From an uncultured Pseudobdellovibrionaceae bacterium (GTDB taxonomy: Bacteria > Pseudomonadota > Alphaproteobacteria > Micavibrionales > Micavibrionaceae), in contig CAYSGL010000001.1 in NCBI GenBank assembly GCA_964430725.1, forward strand, positions 1 to 32,715: 32,715 nt of DNA. Reading direction: 5' to 3'. Shown here piece after piece: positions 32,483-32,715 of the stretch. Numbering within the stretch: position 1 is the stretch's first letter; every line of letters begins with the position of its first letter. The notes beneath the pieces were generated by a model. That model was given only the letters and a program-made list of their open reading frames with translations. It had not been told where the DNA came from and made no database searches. The translations under genes and the position numbers were made by a program.

Positions 32483-32706
32483 TATCGCGCGTTCCTCCAG
32501 GCGATGGTTTCCTGGTTGTCGATCGCACAGACGGCCGCGCGCTGGATCTGCGCGTCATACATGGCGAGGAAGCCGAAAGAGACGACGAAGATCAGGATAC
32601 ACAGCAGGAAAGTATTGCAGGTAGCGCTCGCCCTGGCTTTGGGTCGAGGGGATGGGGGCGGTGGCGCTACCTGTCCGGCCATGGCCGCAAGGCCATATTC
32701 CTTCAT
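32482..32706 (-). CDS. Small membrane protein, unknown function
   Basis: 74 aa with a Pro-rich N-terminus and one TM helix (FLLCILIFVVSFGFLAM). Its stop overlaps the next start. It is close to the window edge, so the upstream context is not visible. Confidence 0.45.
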   Translation of the reverse strand: MKEYGLAAMAGQVAPPPPSPRPKARASATCNTFLLCILIFVVSFGFLAMYDAQIQRAAVCAIDNQETIAWRNAR

Positions 32707-32715
32707 ACCCGAAGG

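Larger units (their letters stand above)
1..32715 (-). mobile_element. Mu-like transposable prophage, from the right (late) end to the early transposition region; the left end lies beyond the window
   Basis: Collinear minus-strand gene order matches phage Mu (A, B, GemA, Mor, lysis, gp27/terminase/portal/F, I, T, sheath/tube/tape measure, N, P, gp45-48, tail fibre). The sequence starts with 5'-TG followed by repeated end sites. A DDE transposase is present and no integrase. Confidence 0.9.

Noticed and set aside
1-32715. Integrase/att-type prophage boundaries, or a restriction enzyme partner for either methylase
   Set aside because: No tyrosine or serine recombinase and no nuclease-like ORF is present. 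The element has Mu-type transposase, B protein and TG terminus, and both methylases appear to be orphans.

Overview
The whole window is one Mu-like transposable prophage. All of its genes are on the minus strand, so phage gene order reads right to left.

**Gene order, from 32706 down to 147:**
- Three small early genes, including an MT-A70 adenine methylase.
- MuA-type DDE transposase, MuB-type AAA+ ATPase, and a semi-essential early region (tandem wHTH protein, HTH/Cys protein, DUF3164-like, GemA-like, Mor/C-family activator).
- Lysis cassette: GH108-type endolysin, holin-like protein, lipoprotein, and a TM/coiled-coil protein.
- gp26/gp27-like proteins, large terminase, portal and the F-like head protein.
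- A 484-bp non-coding gap.
- I protease/scaffold, major head protein gpT, and head completion genes.
- Sheath, tube, frameshifted tail chaperone and tape measure.
- N, P and gp45-48 baseplate genes, tail fibre and a fibre assembly-like protein.
- A four-gene accessory cassette that ends in a Dam-family methylase.

**Boundaries and absences:** Position 1 is a Mu-type terminus, 5'-TG followed by two 15-bp direct repeats 22 bp apart. The repressor and left end lie beyond 32715. I see no rRNA, tRNA, CRISPR array or integrase. All family assignments were made by eye from motifs and gene order, not by database search.

**Most interesting observations:**
1. The accessory cassette at the mom-equivalent end (147-2821). 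It encodes a polytopic membrane protein, a DGQHR ParB/Srx-fold protein, a Cys/His-rich mini-protein and a D12 methylase.
2. A dyad, GTAGGC-N6-(G/T)CC(T/G)AC, found exactly 35 nt upstream of the SD-less ATGs of lys and I. This is consistent with Mor/C-type late promoters and leaderless transcripts.
3. The central non-coding gap, which has a bidirectional terminator, an orphan plus-strand terminator and a possible small plus-strand transcript. It sits where phage Mu carries its strong gyrase site.
4. Several compact coding features: a -1 frameshift at TTTTTTG, a nested scaffold start inside I, an EF-hand-like insertion in the endolysin, and an extra zinc-ribbon gene inside the terminase module.
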